DNA from: Stylophora pistillata
Lineage: Eukaryota
Assembly: GCF_002571385.2 (NCBI RefSeq)
Contig: NW_019217824.1
Span: 665,238 to 729,237 of the forward strand
Reading direction: 5' to 3'
Length of the DNA stretch: 64,000 bases
Part shown: in pieces, positions 26,798 to 40,200 of the stretch
How positions within the stretch are numbered: position 1 is the stretch's first letter
How the letters are laid out: every line of letters begins with the position of its first letter
Position numbers and translations under genes: made by a program
Notes under the pieces: model-generated
Databases searched by the model: none
What the model saw: the letters and a program-made list of their open reading frames with translations, nothing else
Told to the model about the DNA's origin: nothing

Positions 26798-29700
26798 ATG
26801 GAAAATTCAAGGGTCTTGTACGATTTTACAGACGAGCACGGTTCGAGCCTGGCTCTTCGCGAGATGAACGTTTTTCGAATGGAGAACTGTTTCTGCGATG
26901 TGGTTCTATCAACAGAAGAAGGAGAGGAGTTCAATGCTCACCGGCTCGTTTTGGCCTCTGTGAGCGCTTACTTTCGAGCAATGTTTTTGACAGACATGAA
27001 AGAAAGCCACGAAACAAACATCACAATCAGAGGAGTGGAATCACAGGCTTTAAAAACCTTAATTGATTTTGCCTATACTTCGACATTAAGAATCACTTTC
27101 TCTAACGTTCATTCCTTGCTTTCAGCGGCAAGCCTACTTCAGTTTCTAACAGTGGAAAACGCTTGTTACGATTTTCTCAGGAATAGTATCAACACCAACA
27201 ATTGCCTCGATATTTGGAACTTGGCCGATCTGCACGGCTGCACAGAACTTCTGGATCTAGCAGAGACCTTTATTCGCTCCAACTTTGTGGCAGTTCTCAA
27301 ACTGGGGGATTTCAATTCTCTAACGGTAAAACAAATTGTGAAATTGTTTTGTCACGACAAACTCAATGTCCCGTGTGAAAGTGTCGTGCTCTTCGGAGCA
27401 CTGGAGTGGGTCAAGTACGATTTGACCAATCGGCTCACAAATCTTGAAGAATTATTGACCCATGTCCGATTTCCTTTGATGACTCGCAAATTTTTGATGG
27501 ACACGGCCGCTAGAGAGGAGCTTATCATGAGCAGTTCAACTTGCCGACAATTTGTTCTTGAGGCGATAGATTATCACTTGATCCCTGAGCGAAGGACAAA
27601 GAACCGAATCACGCGGTCGATCCCGCGGGAAAGGCTCAGCCGTTTGCTTTATGTGGTTGGCGGTGAAGGTAGGGAAACCCGATCGGTGTGGTTGACAATA
27701 GCAATAAATAACATAGCTAATCTTTCTGTTACTGTCACCTAAGCGACAACACAAGTAAATATTAATATTAACGCAGTGAGTTCCTGAGATATGTTGAAAC
27801 GAGGTTTCGTCACATCTCGATTCATATTTCACGTTCGTCTTCGCATGCGCTCATGTTCAATCTGGCCATAAAGAAATGATAAAAACTTCATTTTATGCCA
27901 TAATTGGCCACAGGAGATGAATGAGGATAAAAGTTTACTTAATAGATTATTCCTAGTTTTATTTGAGTGCCGGACCCGCTTTAAGTGACCGTACAGTACA
28001 GGTGGATGACAATTGACAATACAAAACACACCTTTGGGACTCAGTAAAGGGTGAAAAGAAAGGTAAAAGTTACAGTCCAGGAGCACAAATTTCGCGACTT
28101 TGACAACCGACCACATGATACAGGGTGATCGCTTAATACGGTACCACTTAAAATAGGTTTGACTGTATTTCCTCAAAGGCGCCCTAAGATGCAAGGAGCA
28201 AGAGCGCAGATTTTCATGTTTCATGCCATATGCACTTATTGTATGAATAGCTGGGCCGGATGAGAAAATATTTTGCTGGGACTAGAGAAAATATTGGGAC
28301 GTAACTTTCGCTAGGCAGGAGGTAATAATGTACTGTGAGGTCCGGGCGTCGTGGATAAAAATATTTTCTTGTCTGGTCCGACCTTGCTCAGTCAATAAGC
28401 ATTTTATCGCATGACTGTCGCTTTTCCTTCTTTGTTTTCTCCTTCTTTTAGCTCGCACCACACGGGACCGTGCGGCTTTTTCCAGCCTTACTCACGCCAT
28501 CGCACACAACTCTCATACGAGGATTTTTGCTAAGTACTTTTCGATAAAAGTGCGGTTTTTGCCGTAAGGTTCATGTGATAACACTTCTAACCGCATCTCG
28601 TGTTATGAATTTCAAGAAGTACGCCGAAAAAAGAATGACAGTATTTCTTTCGAGTTAAGCCTAGCGTACGGTTTAAGCTACTTATGCTTTAAAGCAGGAT
28701 TTCGAAGCGTAAGACGTAACTCTACAACCTTTGATTGTTTTTATCGGGATAAGAACGGAAAAACCGAAAAAAGAAAAACAAACAAAAATAAAAACAATAA
28801 CTTTAAAGTCCACTACATTGTTGGCCGTATTAAAAAGGTAAAAATCGTTTTCAAAGATCATAAACCAAGTCAAATATCTCTGAAGTGGTTGTAAAAACGC
28901 CAAAACTGTGTCCTGAATAAGGCCTCATCATAGCGCGTGCAAAATATACCTCGAATATACCAACAGTGAGTTCGCTAATGAAATAAGCCTGAGGGGTAGG
29001 AGTGGGTTTGACGTAGGTAACCTATTTTGGTAGAACCACTAAATGGTAAAGTAGAATTGACACTTGTGACGATAGGGAGTCTATAGGAGAGTCATCATTG
29101 CAATATTCGATATTGCATTACATGGAAAGTCACAGGAGAGGTGATTAAAAAAGACATAATCCGTCTAAACAAGAATGTCTGTATCGACTTACTTATTCAT
29201 GAAGTTAAATGGTTTTGTATTTCACTGTCTACAAGAAGGATAAAAATTCCTGATTCAAAACCAAAATAGATTCCAACCATGGAGTTTAGAAGTTTATTAT
29301 TAAGAAAAAATGCCCTATGACGTCCGTTATTCCTTACTAAAAACTTCTTGAAATATTACAACTTATTTTCATTCTGTCGTTCTTGTCAACTTTTAGTCCA
29401 AGCTAAGCCACCTTGCTCCCAGTGCTAACGTTACTCTCTTGGGCGAAGTATAAGAATTAGTTTACGACCTCTAAGCCTCTTCATCCTCAAATCACTTGAA
29501 ACTGGACCTTAGCCCTCATTTTTACACTTCATGTTTTCAGAAAACCGCAAAGTTCTAAATAACGTGGAGTACTTTGACTTCAATGAGAAGAAATGGCGCG
29601 TCATTGCACCTATGATCATTCCGCGAAAGTTTGCTGGCTCAGTGATACTCGATGGTCAGTTGTATGCCGTTGGTGGAATTAACAGGGAGTACGCTGACCT

Positions 29701-30765
29701 GGTGACCGTCGAAAGTTATAATCCTTGTGTGGGGCAATGGACTTCTGTCGCGTCACTCAATAAATGCAAAGGTGATTTACGTATGTGAGAGGCATTACAG
29801 GCTATTCGGCTTTCTTCGCTCGGTGCTTGGTTTAGAAAACTCGTGCCATCCCATCCACCAATCAGATACAAAATTGAAATCAAACTCACCAATTGGTCAG
29901 TAGTGATTTCCCGTACTTCCCCTAGTTTGCTAATATTCACTTCGAATGTTTCATTTGGCTTCTTGTGTTATTTTCCTTTCATCTGATTGGCTGCTGCTAA
30001 ATCGGTGATTTTTGGTCTTACGGAACTCAATCGAAACGAAAAATCGACGCCTTTACCTATCTATCACCTTGTTCCTAAGAAACCGATACCAAGAACTTGA
30101 GTAGAAAAAATGTCATGTTTATAACGTTGTTCGTTTCTTTGATCTCAGGTGCTTTAGCAGTGTCCGTTCTGGAGGGTTGGCTGTACGCTGCTGGAGGATC
30201 CCACAATGGTTCTGCTCTCAAGAGCGTAGAGCGTTACGATCCGATCAAAAACGAATGGACCCAGGTAGCCAATATGCGCCTTCCTAGAAGCCACTTTGGA
30301 ATGGCACCTCTGCAAGGGCGCCTGTACGCTGTTGGCGGATACTGTGGGATTTCCGAAATTGAGCATGTGGAGTGTTATGATCCAATGACAAATAAGTGGT
30401 CCGATATGAGCAGTATGAACAAGTCCCGGATGAATCACGCCGTGGTGACATTCAGTGATCGTATTTACGTTGTGGGGGGCAGTAACAGTATTGGAATCCT
30501 GGATTCCATAGAGAAGTACAATCCTGACTTGAATCTATGGCTGATTATCCGCAACACAATGGATCCACGCAGCGGAGCTGGAGCCGCTGTGGTGTTGGGT
30601 GGAGAAGAGGGTGCGCAAGAACTTTTTATCATTGGTGGTCACGACACCAACAGTAGAGATACGAATTCCGTGAAAAAACTGAATCTGAAGTTTGCTGATT
30701 ACTCGACAGCAAATGCACCATGCATGAATTATCCTCGAGTACACGCTGCCGTAGCGTGCGCTTAG
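26798..30765 (+). CDS. Kelch-like BTB-BACK-Kelch protein (CUL3 adaptor family), 3 exons, 572 aa
   Basis: Exons 26798-27668, 29541-29771, 30149-30765 (phase-1 GT-AG introns, 1719 nt). BTB (FCDVVL...AHRLVLASVSAYFRAMF), BACK (CLDIWNLADLHGC...VRFPLM) and Kelch repeats (LYAVGG...VERYDP...W). Exact KLHL orthologue not assignable by eye. Confidence 0.93.
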
Positions 30766-31434
30766 CATCTCAACGTCCGTTAATAGGGGCGTATATGAGA
30801 TCTTGCAGAAAGGGGAAGGTGGCCCCTACCTGCTACCTCATTTAGAATCTGCCGGCGATTTTTTGTAGTTCTACTGGCACAATCTTTTGCGCTTCGAGAT
30901 GAATGGGAACCAAAGCAATGTCTGCGATTTTCTCTTTAATTCAGGTCATAAACAATGAAAGACATCCAACCATTTCAAAGTGTCGAGTCAAATCAAGTGT
31001 AGAGTCATACAGAGATATACACGATGTACAGATATCTCTAGTGATTTTACTCAAGGTTATAGTTCTGCAGTGTCTTAATTTACAGAAAACTCCAAATGCC
31101 AGTGGAGCGGCAGATAGTAACTGTGCCAAAACGAATACATTCAATTTATCATTACGTCTATTACTGACGAACACAAGCACTTTTAACCATCGATGTTCAC
31201 CAATGAAGAAAGAGATAACCGACTCCTTTACAAAAAAGTCCGAAGGCCTAGGTATTAGGGAAATTGTTTTAAATTGGGAGGTTGGTACTTTTCCATGCCA
31301 AACATAATCCTAACAAAAAAGAAAGAGCATTTTGTAAGAAAACATAGGGTCGTCTGGGTACATTGATTTGGAACAAGTATTATAGGTTTGACTAACTACT
31401 CTTCATCCCGAATTCGAATACTAAAAGCCTTTAA

Positions 31435-32316
31435 AGTGCCTATAACCCCCAAAAAAATTCTTGACCATATTAAATCTCTCTTTTGCACTGAGCAAAATGC
31501 TGCAAAATGCCGCAAAAATTTTTGTGTTTAGTTAAAACCCCGAATTTTTATGAATTTTCAAAGTCGTGGAAAGTCGCATGTTTTCAAAACACGACCTAGG
31601 CACGGAATTATCAAGATGGGTCTGGGTCGAGCACAGTTTGTGACGTCATTCAAGTTTGCTTCAAGGACTGGATGAAGTATCTTGACGGATATGCCTGATA
31701 AGTGCTTTGTTTTCGGGTGTAGCAACACTCCCAACAAAGAAAAAAGAATAGCACTTCATCCGATACCTTTATATGGCGCAGATGACCCGGAGCTTAAAAA
31801 AAAATAAAAGTGGGTTGACTTTGTGCAATTGAAGCGTGCACATTGGAAGCCCACAAAATACTCGGCCATGTGTTCCAATCACTTCCGAGAAGAAGATTAT
31901 TCAGTCATGTTTTCTGCTCTGACTAATAAGACTATGCAACGAAGGTTGCGAAAAAATGGAGTTGGAATTTGCGCCTTTCCGACTGATCATGCGTGGAATG
32001 TCGGAGGAAACGAAATCAGCTGAAAGCGAGCGAAGAGAAAGGTGAGAAAAATTTACCAGATCAGGCTTCAACGAAGGTTTCATCTCGTTGGGAACTTATA
32101 ATATTGACTGAGATTGGATCGGAGCCCCACTGCCGATGGCGTGGAATGACATCACTGGCCCCAGTCTCTGGTTCACTCGGTCGTTCGAAAACTAAACTCG
32201 ACTTTGAAAAATCATAAAAAGTCGCGGTTTTAACCAAACACAAAAATTTTTGCGGCATTTTGTTCAGCGCAATAGAGATTTAACACGGCCAAAAAATTTT
32301 TGGGGTTATAGGCACT
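31435..32316 (+). mobile_element. Non-autonomous Kolobok-type DNA transposon with THAP remnant
   Basis: TTAA on both sides (31431-34, 32317-20), termini AG...CT, ~130-bp imperfect TIRs beginning AGTGCCTATAACCCC; internal THAP frame. Confidence 0.85.
31691..32023 (+). pseudogene. THAP zinc-finger reading frame with one premature stop
   Basis: MPDKCFVFGCSN...LHPIP...KKK*KWVDFV...WKPTKYSAMCSNHFREEDY gives the C-x4-C...W...P...C-x2-H-F THAP signature; in-frame TAA at 31805-31807. Confidence 0.8.
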
Positions 32317-34131
32317 TTAACAGCGACGTTACCTCAGCATATGGTCCCGAGTGTATGGCCCCAATTATGTTCACTCACTGGAATAAAAGAATTTCATTCA
32401 TTTAACATCTCTTTGAGGGGCAACAGGACCAAAGCCAAAGCTTGACTGACGGAGTAAAGGCCAAAAGAGCCAGTTCACGGGTCACCAAAATAAATGGTTT
32501 GGATTTCTTATTTTTTTTTACAAATGAATAGTGTGCATTTCAAATTCATCAAAATAATTTATGGGTGCAAATATTTCATCTGCAAAGTGATGACTACAAA
32601 GATTACTCTTGCAATTCTAGGAAGTGCTAATAAGCTGGGGTAGTTTTAAGCGTGAATATCAATTTTGTGGATGAAAAAATTAAAAAAAAAAAATTTACAA
32701 GGATAGGCATGACAGTATATACATCTAAAAATAAAGGAAATAAAATAATTCACTACTTATAATTGATACCCCCAATGCACACCATTGTTTGAAATAAATT
32801 AAGAGACAAAAAATATAATTATGTATTTGGGAACTTTATTGCTTTTAAAATTTACCAATAAAAGACTATCGGTACTTGCTGGTAGTCTCATTAAATTCAT
32901 TTCAAAAGGGCCCTAAAAACGAGAAAACTCTGGAAAAACCAAAGTTATGGTTCAACAATATGTTTATACACTGCTAACATCACCACTCCAACAGTACCAG
33001 TATCTTAAGTTTGATTACTATTCAATACAAATTTGTTAGAAAAAAATGGAAAATCCACTCTAGTAAACAGGGAAACAAAAATATCATGTGCTGTGAAAAG
33101 TGACTAAATTTCTTAATTTCTTCCCTAAGAACTAATTAACCTATGAAGCTTGGTATCCTAGTTCCAAAACTGAAACTTAAAAAAAAATTGTTTGATATTA
33201 AGATCAAAATAATCAGATTATGTACCACTCTGATTTAGTGAGAATGGCTCTTTATTTCCCTTTTAAACTATTGTAAGAATTAACCTCAAGACCCAGAGGA
33301 AGAATAAATTTAAAGAGCACCCTAGGACAGCCAACCTACAAGAAAGAGGTGTAGCTAATCTCAAAATGCATCTGCATCTACTACAGTTACAGAAGGCTGT
33401 TAGGAGCCTAATTTAATGTAAATACTATACTCATCATTCACTAATAAAGCTGTATTAGGGGTAGGGTATACATAGGCTCATTTCCTAAACAGCAATTGTT
33501 ATCCAGGCTAAAGTAAATGAGGATTACTAGAGTTCATTTCTATAAACCGATGATTGTTCAGAATACTTTCCAAGAACAAATGAATGATTTTGTTTTCACA
33601 TGAAAGTAACTCTTACTAACTAAATTATGGAAAACTAGTTTATCAGATATTTGTAATGACAGTTTTTGCTGTCCAAGTAACTGAGTGAGATATAAGTGTT
33701 AATTTCTGGTAATATGGACCTGCCTGTTGGAAACTTATATCATTAGGTAAGTGGGAAAAGAAAATCCTCAATTAACATGTTGAGGACTATGAGTCAAATG
33801 AATGTAAGAACATCAATTAACTTTGTGCTCTCTTCTAAAAGATCAGAAAAAAATCTGCACACACAGAATAATCATCTGAAATGAATAATCTAGAGAATCC
33901 AGTACTAAAAGAGGACTAAACTAGCAAGGCTCTTAGAAATCTCTTGCATCATTCCTAACACAGGTTCTCACATAACAAACATAATAACTATGTTGCTGCT
34001 CACTTCCCAATCTGGGCCATTCTTGTAGCACTTAAGTACTCATCTTAATATATTACAAATACAATCTTCCTCTCCAAAAGATAATACACATTTAATTGGT
34101 AAGTTGCTTACAATGGATGAAAGGTTGCTGT

Positions 34132-35461
34132 TTAATGACCAAGATATGCTTTTGCATCGTCCAGTTCCCTTGACAGATTTGCTACATACTTTTTCCACTT
34201 GTTCACTTGTTCTGAAATGGAAACAGACTTGTAAACAAAAAAAAAGACACCTAAATCTGGTTCTCCCCAAGTTGTGCAGATGGTTTTGAATTTCTTAAAC
34301 AATATAAATACTTGCCTCTTAAAAAGAGGCAGACTGCCCCTGCTACTAAAAGTTTAACAACCTCCTGCCTGCATGCTAGAGTGACTGAGAGTTTCACCAT
34401 TAACCCAGGACACAGGATACTTCTCCATAAAATTTTCCCTAGTATTTGTTCTGTTTCTGTGACAACTGGCTAATTCCCATTTAGAATGCTTCAGGGGAGA
34501 GGTACTTTTAGAGTCTTAAGGCCTTACCCAAGAACAAAACACCACAATTCAAGGTCCAAACCAGGAGCAAACAGTGCAATATGACAATTACATTATACCC
34601 AGGCCTCTCACCAGAAGTTCCCTCCAACTTCTATGGGTGGAAGAAACTTCAGTTTCAATTTTATACTGTAACTCAAAACTACTCAGGGCAGCTACCTGCC
34701 TGTAACAGCATTTTTAAAAAGACAATGAAATCAGTATGGAAATCCTGACTGCTACTTTTTACCCCATATTCTATTGTTATCAGAATGTGCACTAAATGGT
34801 ACATATAGTTCTTACGTTTCAATCTGTCCCGCGCAACCAGTAGAACCTTGATCTCAGCTTCATTAGCGATGGCCTCTGTTTCATAATTCCTGATTTGCTG
34901 CTCTTTGGTCTCAACCTCATCTTCAAAATATTCTTCACGTTTAGTGTATCGCCTGTGCTTTAATTCCAAATTTATGAGTCTTACAGTGGTAGAATCAGAC
35001 TCTTCACTGAGCTTAACAATCTTGGACTCAGCTGCATTCAATCTTGCCAGAAGCTCACTCAGTTCACATTTCATGGAGCTGTGCCTGACCTTTGCCTCAG
35101 CCAAACGCTCTTCAGCTTCGTCAGCTTGTCTCTTTTTATCTCTAACTTTTATCTCAAGCATGACAAGTACATCACTGACTTCAAATTCTTTAGACTCAAG
35201 AGACTTTCTGATCTTTTCACTCTCTTCTGCAATCTCTTCTGTGGCTCGGTGACCTTGTTGCTTTTCCTGGATTTGCCTGTAGCTGTTTGCCAATTCCTCC
35301 TTTTTTTCTTGGATCCTTTGCTTAAGTGCCTCTTTTTCATCCTTAGCCAGATCAGCCCTTTCTCTTGCTTGTCTGAGGTAACGCATTAGGTCTTTGTGCT
35401 TGTTTTCTGCCCGTTGAGTATCCTCCATAGTTTCTTTAGCCTTTCTTTTGAGTGCATCCAT
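34132..35461 (-). CDS. Short cnidarian-type tropomyosin, 2 coding exons, 241 aa
   Basis: Exon 35461-34816 starts MDALKRK and is a proline-free heptad coiled coil; donor C|GTAAG; acceptor TTTCAG| then exon 34211-34132 encodes QQVNKWKKYVANLSRELDDAKAYLGH*. Length fits the ~242-aa cnidarian tropomyosins. Confidence 0.85.
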
Positions 35462-37029
35462 GATGTGGTGAAAAACCAAATAACTATTAAGCCACAACTA
35501 CAAGCACACAGTGACTGTGGAAACACAAAGGGGAATTCAAAGGTCAAAAAAGTAAACAGCAAATACCAGAACTTTCTAAGGCATCATTAAGATAAGAATA
35601 TATAGCTAAAATGCAGTTGGGGGATGTCCAATTCATTTTGTTCCCTGGGATTTTGTTGAAGTGAAGAGTATCATAACCCTGGTTAACTCAGCTACACCAC
35701 AACTACCTTTGCTTTGTAAAAAAAGGCGAGTTAGACGATTAATTTTGCTGTTGAACCAAGTCTTTTTCATTAAAATTAGATGCAGGAGTAGATTATAATA
35801 TAAAACACATGGTTGAATATTAAGTGCATGACAACACAAGTTGAAAAAAAAAAAAAACTATAAAGATTATTTCTCTCCACTCTTTGGGTATAGTTATTAA
35901 TCAGTGACATATATCATGTTTGTCCATAAATAGGTCTCACTTGGTGGAAGATCAAACCTGTAGTGATTTAAAAATTAAGACTTGTGGTTTAGGAACATTC
36001 TGTCTGAGAAATATAGCCTTCAGGAGTAAATTATACCAAAGGCTATAAAGTGCACATGTACAAAAAGTATGCTGAGGCAAGGTAATCCAAATGTGCAAAG
36101 ACCATCATAAAAGGTAGGACAATTTTCCAAACCCATTAAAATATATTATCATTTTCACAACATTTGAAGGGCAAAAGAAGCAAGAAATACACATGCAGAA
36201 TCTGACTTCTCATAACAGGCAATAAAGTTCCTAACATATTATGCAGTAAATATAGTTCACTAACAATTACCAAAAATAAACCATACATTAAACTGTTTGT
36301 TATGCTCAAAAGGCTACTGAAGTTGTGTTCAAATAATTCTTTGAGTCAACTGTCAGCTAAACTTCAGAATACCGGCCACATCATTTCCATGTCACTGAAT
36401 AAGAATAGCGTCTATTGTGTTATACCTCATTCTTCAAAGCCTCCCGACATATGAGTCGATTAAATGATGTGGACGGGTATTCTGAAGTTGCTCACAACTG
36501 TCTACTGAAATAGAATTCAGTGATTGTACGGAGAAAACAATCTCATACATCTGCAACAAAAGATCTAATTCAAATAAGCAATCAGCGAGGAAAGGCAGTG
36601 TGAAAGTTTAAATGCATCGGCTCAGCAGGAACATTCATTCACGACAAGTTCACCCCTAAACCGTAGTCAATAGACAATACTAAGTGTAGATACTGAACAA
36701 AGTAACAAACGTACGTGCTCATGATCATCAGACTTTGATCTCAGAGATTTAACATTCACAGCATACATGAAAATCAATACTATAATTCTGGATTTTTAAA
36801 TAACCCAACCAGCCTATAAAAAGAAGGAAATCGCGACAAGAAGCTGCATTTTCAAAGCAACCTTTCCGTCTAGACAGAAATCCATTGAATTGAACATGGC
36901 GTAGCACACGCTATAAAAACATTTCTTTAAATTGGCTTCCAAGAATGCAATCAATCAGACGCAATTCCGATCATGTGAATAAATGGCTTCCGTATCTTAG
37001 TCACAAGGAGTTTTGATTGTGAAATTTAC

Positions 37030-37241
37030 CTGTAATGCAGAAGAAGTAGCCAATTTCACAGCGTCTTCACGAAACACCACCAACTCTGCAACCACACCTC
37101 GCCTTTCAAACCTGGGTGTGCATAAATTAAGTGACACAATTCACTCTATATACGCTGAAACTAAGTGTCGCCAACCAGATATTTGCAGGTCTAGCAATTT
37201 GTTTGGAGTAGTATCTAGCAGCTTCGGAAAATAACCTTCCC
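37030..37241 (-). other. Probable non-coding 5'UTR exon of the tropomyosin gene
   Basis: On the minus strand a strong acceptor (TCTTTTTCTCTTTTCCAG|) and donor (CAG|GTAAAT) bracket 212 nt; the coding exon has an acceptor (CCCTTTGTGTTTCCACAG|) at 35515. Confidence 0.5.
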
Positions 37242-40200
37242 CTGGAAAAGAGAAAAAGATGTCGCCTTCCTTTAAGTTCTAAGCTAACAGCATGATTTCA
37301 GCAATATTTTCAAATTTTCTCTCACTTGGATCTGAGTGTCCCGTTCACGGCTTTCCTTTTTGGGTTTCCGATTGCTACAAGTTATTCTTGTCTTTCATTT
37401 GGCCTGGTTACTACTATTCATTCAATTAGTACCTACTCCCCAATACAATAAACAGAAAAAAGAAAAATGAGTGCGAGGGAAACACTCGGGCGCAGAGTTG
37501 AAATAGAACGCGAGGCGCGCGCCAAGCGAGGTCTGGGAACATACTCAAACCGAGGCAATATCAGTTAAACCTACGAATGGCGATTTCATTCCCACTGGAA
37601 CAGAATGAGAACAGTAACAGAGAAAAAGAGAAATAGGAAGCAGGAACAAAAAGTTTTGTCACAATGTCGGCTGAGTGGAGTTTGGACGCCTAAAATAGTT
37701 CGTGGTACTAATCGAGTGGTTGACATAAAGTAACATTATATTTCACAAAGGATAAAGGGACACAATACGAGGAAAGAAAATATTAAGCTAGTGTGGGTGA
37801 TTTCGTGGTCGATTGTTGCTTCATTTATACTTAAGAATCAGTCTTGGCAATATATGAACCATAGAGAAGACCTTTACCGAATAACAACAATAAGTTTTCG
37901 TCAAATTTAAAAGTGCACTACTGAATTCAAGTGAGCATACGGATGCTACGCCCCTGGAAACACACACAAACTGACGAACTATTTAGAATTTTAAGAGTTA
38001 ATCTCCACCTCATACTAGGTATTTGTTTTGTGTTAATTCATACTACGAAGTTTTTCGAATGATATGAGAAACAACTCTTCCCACGCTCTATGACAAAGCA
38101 AGAAGCTGCATGCTTCTATACAGTTTAAGTAAAATCAGTTGACGTCTTGAAGAACGTCAACAGCTGCTGAAACAAACCCGCCGCTCTATGGGCCTGTGTG
38201 CCTACAGCTGCAATTTTCAAGAGTGTTTGTGCTAGCTCCACGTGTAAGAAGGGAAAGACAGCCTTCTTAAACTACTTATGACTTTTATAAGACACAATGG
38301 CTCGAAATAATTTCCCGTTTCCCTATCAAATGAGTATTCAACCAATCATAGCGAGCGGGTTATTTGAAGTGAGAATGGATTATTTTTTCAACTGGCAAGT
38401 TTACAAACCCGTTTGTGGCAGGTGCTCATTAAGTCCAAGGACTAGGAAACAGCCTCTTGAGTAACTCCTTTTTTAGACACGCAAACGGTAGAAACGAAAA
38501 AAAAAAAAAGAGAGAGAGAGAGAGAGAGCGAGAGAATCGTGAGGCAAAGGAAGAAAAAGTGAAAAGAAGCCAAAACCTTCTGAGATTGGCGGTCAGAGAA
38601 ACCGAATTAGAATCTTTTTTTATGATAATTAAGAAACATCAACAACTCTACTAGCTTCTGATATCTTTAAGAAGCGTTCGCATTTTCCCACAACCGCGCC
38701 GGAGATAAAAGTAATTGGTGTCTGTTTGTCTGAATTGCCTTTCAGTCCGGATATGATAAATAAATGTGACCTTCCCTGTTCCTAAGAGTGGAAGCAAAGC
38801 CAAAGAGTAGGCGTTACTTCTATGAGGTATAATTTGCTACTGAAAATATGCATTTTTTTCTTTTTAAACATTCTCCACCTAGTATTAATTTCTAGGGAAA
38901 AAAGGTCAAAATCAAGCTCAAGGATCGGTTTATCAGAACAAAATCGAAGAAGTTCTGCTTCATTTGATCCAACACGTAATCTACCGTCTAGACAGCTAAC
39001 AAAATGAACAAAGGAAAAGGGGCAAAATGTTATTTGCGCTCCATAACTGAATCACCCATTAGCAATAACACAAGTGCCTAAAATTGAAAAAAAAAAGTTT
39101 TCCCAAGTTTTAAGGAAACGGTAAGCAATTAAATTTGACACTGATAGCTCGAAATGAGTTAAGAATGACCGAGTAGGAACGCTAGGAAATCCGCTTTACA
39201 TTGAGTCTGAAACACATCCTTAATATCAGTTACGGAAAGGGAAATCTCATGCTTCGTACACCCACATACACAGAAGGTGCGTTGTTCTGCTTCTACGAAG
39301 GATCACGTCTTCTGCGAGGGTGTAAAGCTCGCTAAGGAAGTTTTATCAGAGATTAAACTCCCTTCCTGTCGAATGATTAAAATTAGGATAACGGAAATAT
39401 ACGTGAACACTTGAAACGCTTAACTGCTTTTGGTTAAAGAGGTTTAGTGGAGATCTACGTCGCTAATTTGGAGTTCACATGAAGATCTCAAGTTTCTCCC
39501 CATAATGTGTGATTTTCAAGGTGAGCTCGAGAGGACGGTTCTTCAGTATCATTCGGCGTAGCACGATCAAGGGCAGTTAACGCCAACTAAGGAAGTAAAA
39601 AGCTGAGATGAATTAATCTTCCACCCTTTAGGAAGTTTATGTAAGAGGGACAATGATCAATTACAAACATAAACTAACTATCGATATAGAATACGATGGC
39701 TGACCGAAAGTGAAGAAAAATGGGCTGTTAGCATGCAGTTTTGGAGCAGAAAGGATGACAGTGCTCTATTCCCGCGTTTACTTCTCGAGTTGTTCTTCTT
39801 AATGACCTTGGCCCCTGCCGAAAGGTTAGGAGAGTTCCCTTATGAGTATTACAACATGACTATATGACAGCTTCGACTGTCGCGTTGTTTTCATAAGTCA
39901 ACTAATCCTATTTTTTTTTTTTTTTTGTTATAGCAGAGTTAATAGAGTTAATTTTGGTTATAGATACCAGAATTTTTAATGTGCCCGCTTAACCATCTAT
40001 GCAAATTTCACCTTTACAAGATCAAGAGGGATGTCCGTGCCTAACACCGATTAACACGTCCCAAACTTAGATAGATGACTCGACACAGTACATTTGAACT
40101 ACTCGTGATTGCTTGTCCGCACATACGCTGTTCTTTAACACTAAATGCATGACAAGATCATGTACTATTCTCAAAAGACGTCAGAGAACCTACCTCCACT

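Noticed and set aside
34679-34815. C-terminal extension of the tropomyosin ORF in the ORF track
   Set aside because: Intron read-through after a GTAAG donor; the coiled-coil end is in exon 34211-34132.
34905-35389. Plus-strand Ser/Leu/Phe-rich ORFs
   Set aside because: Antisense shadows of the tropomyosin exon.
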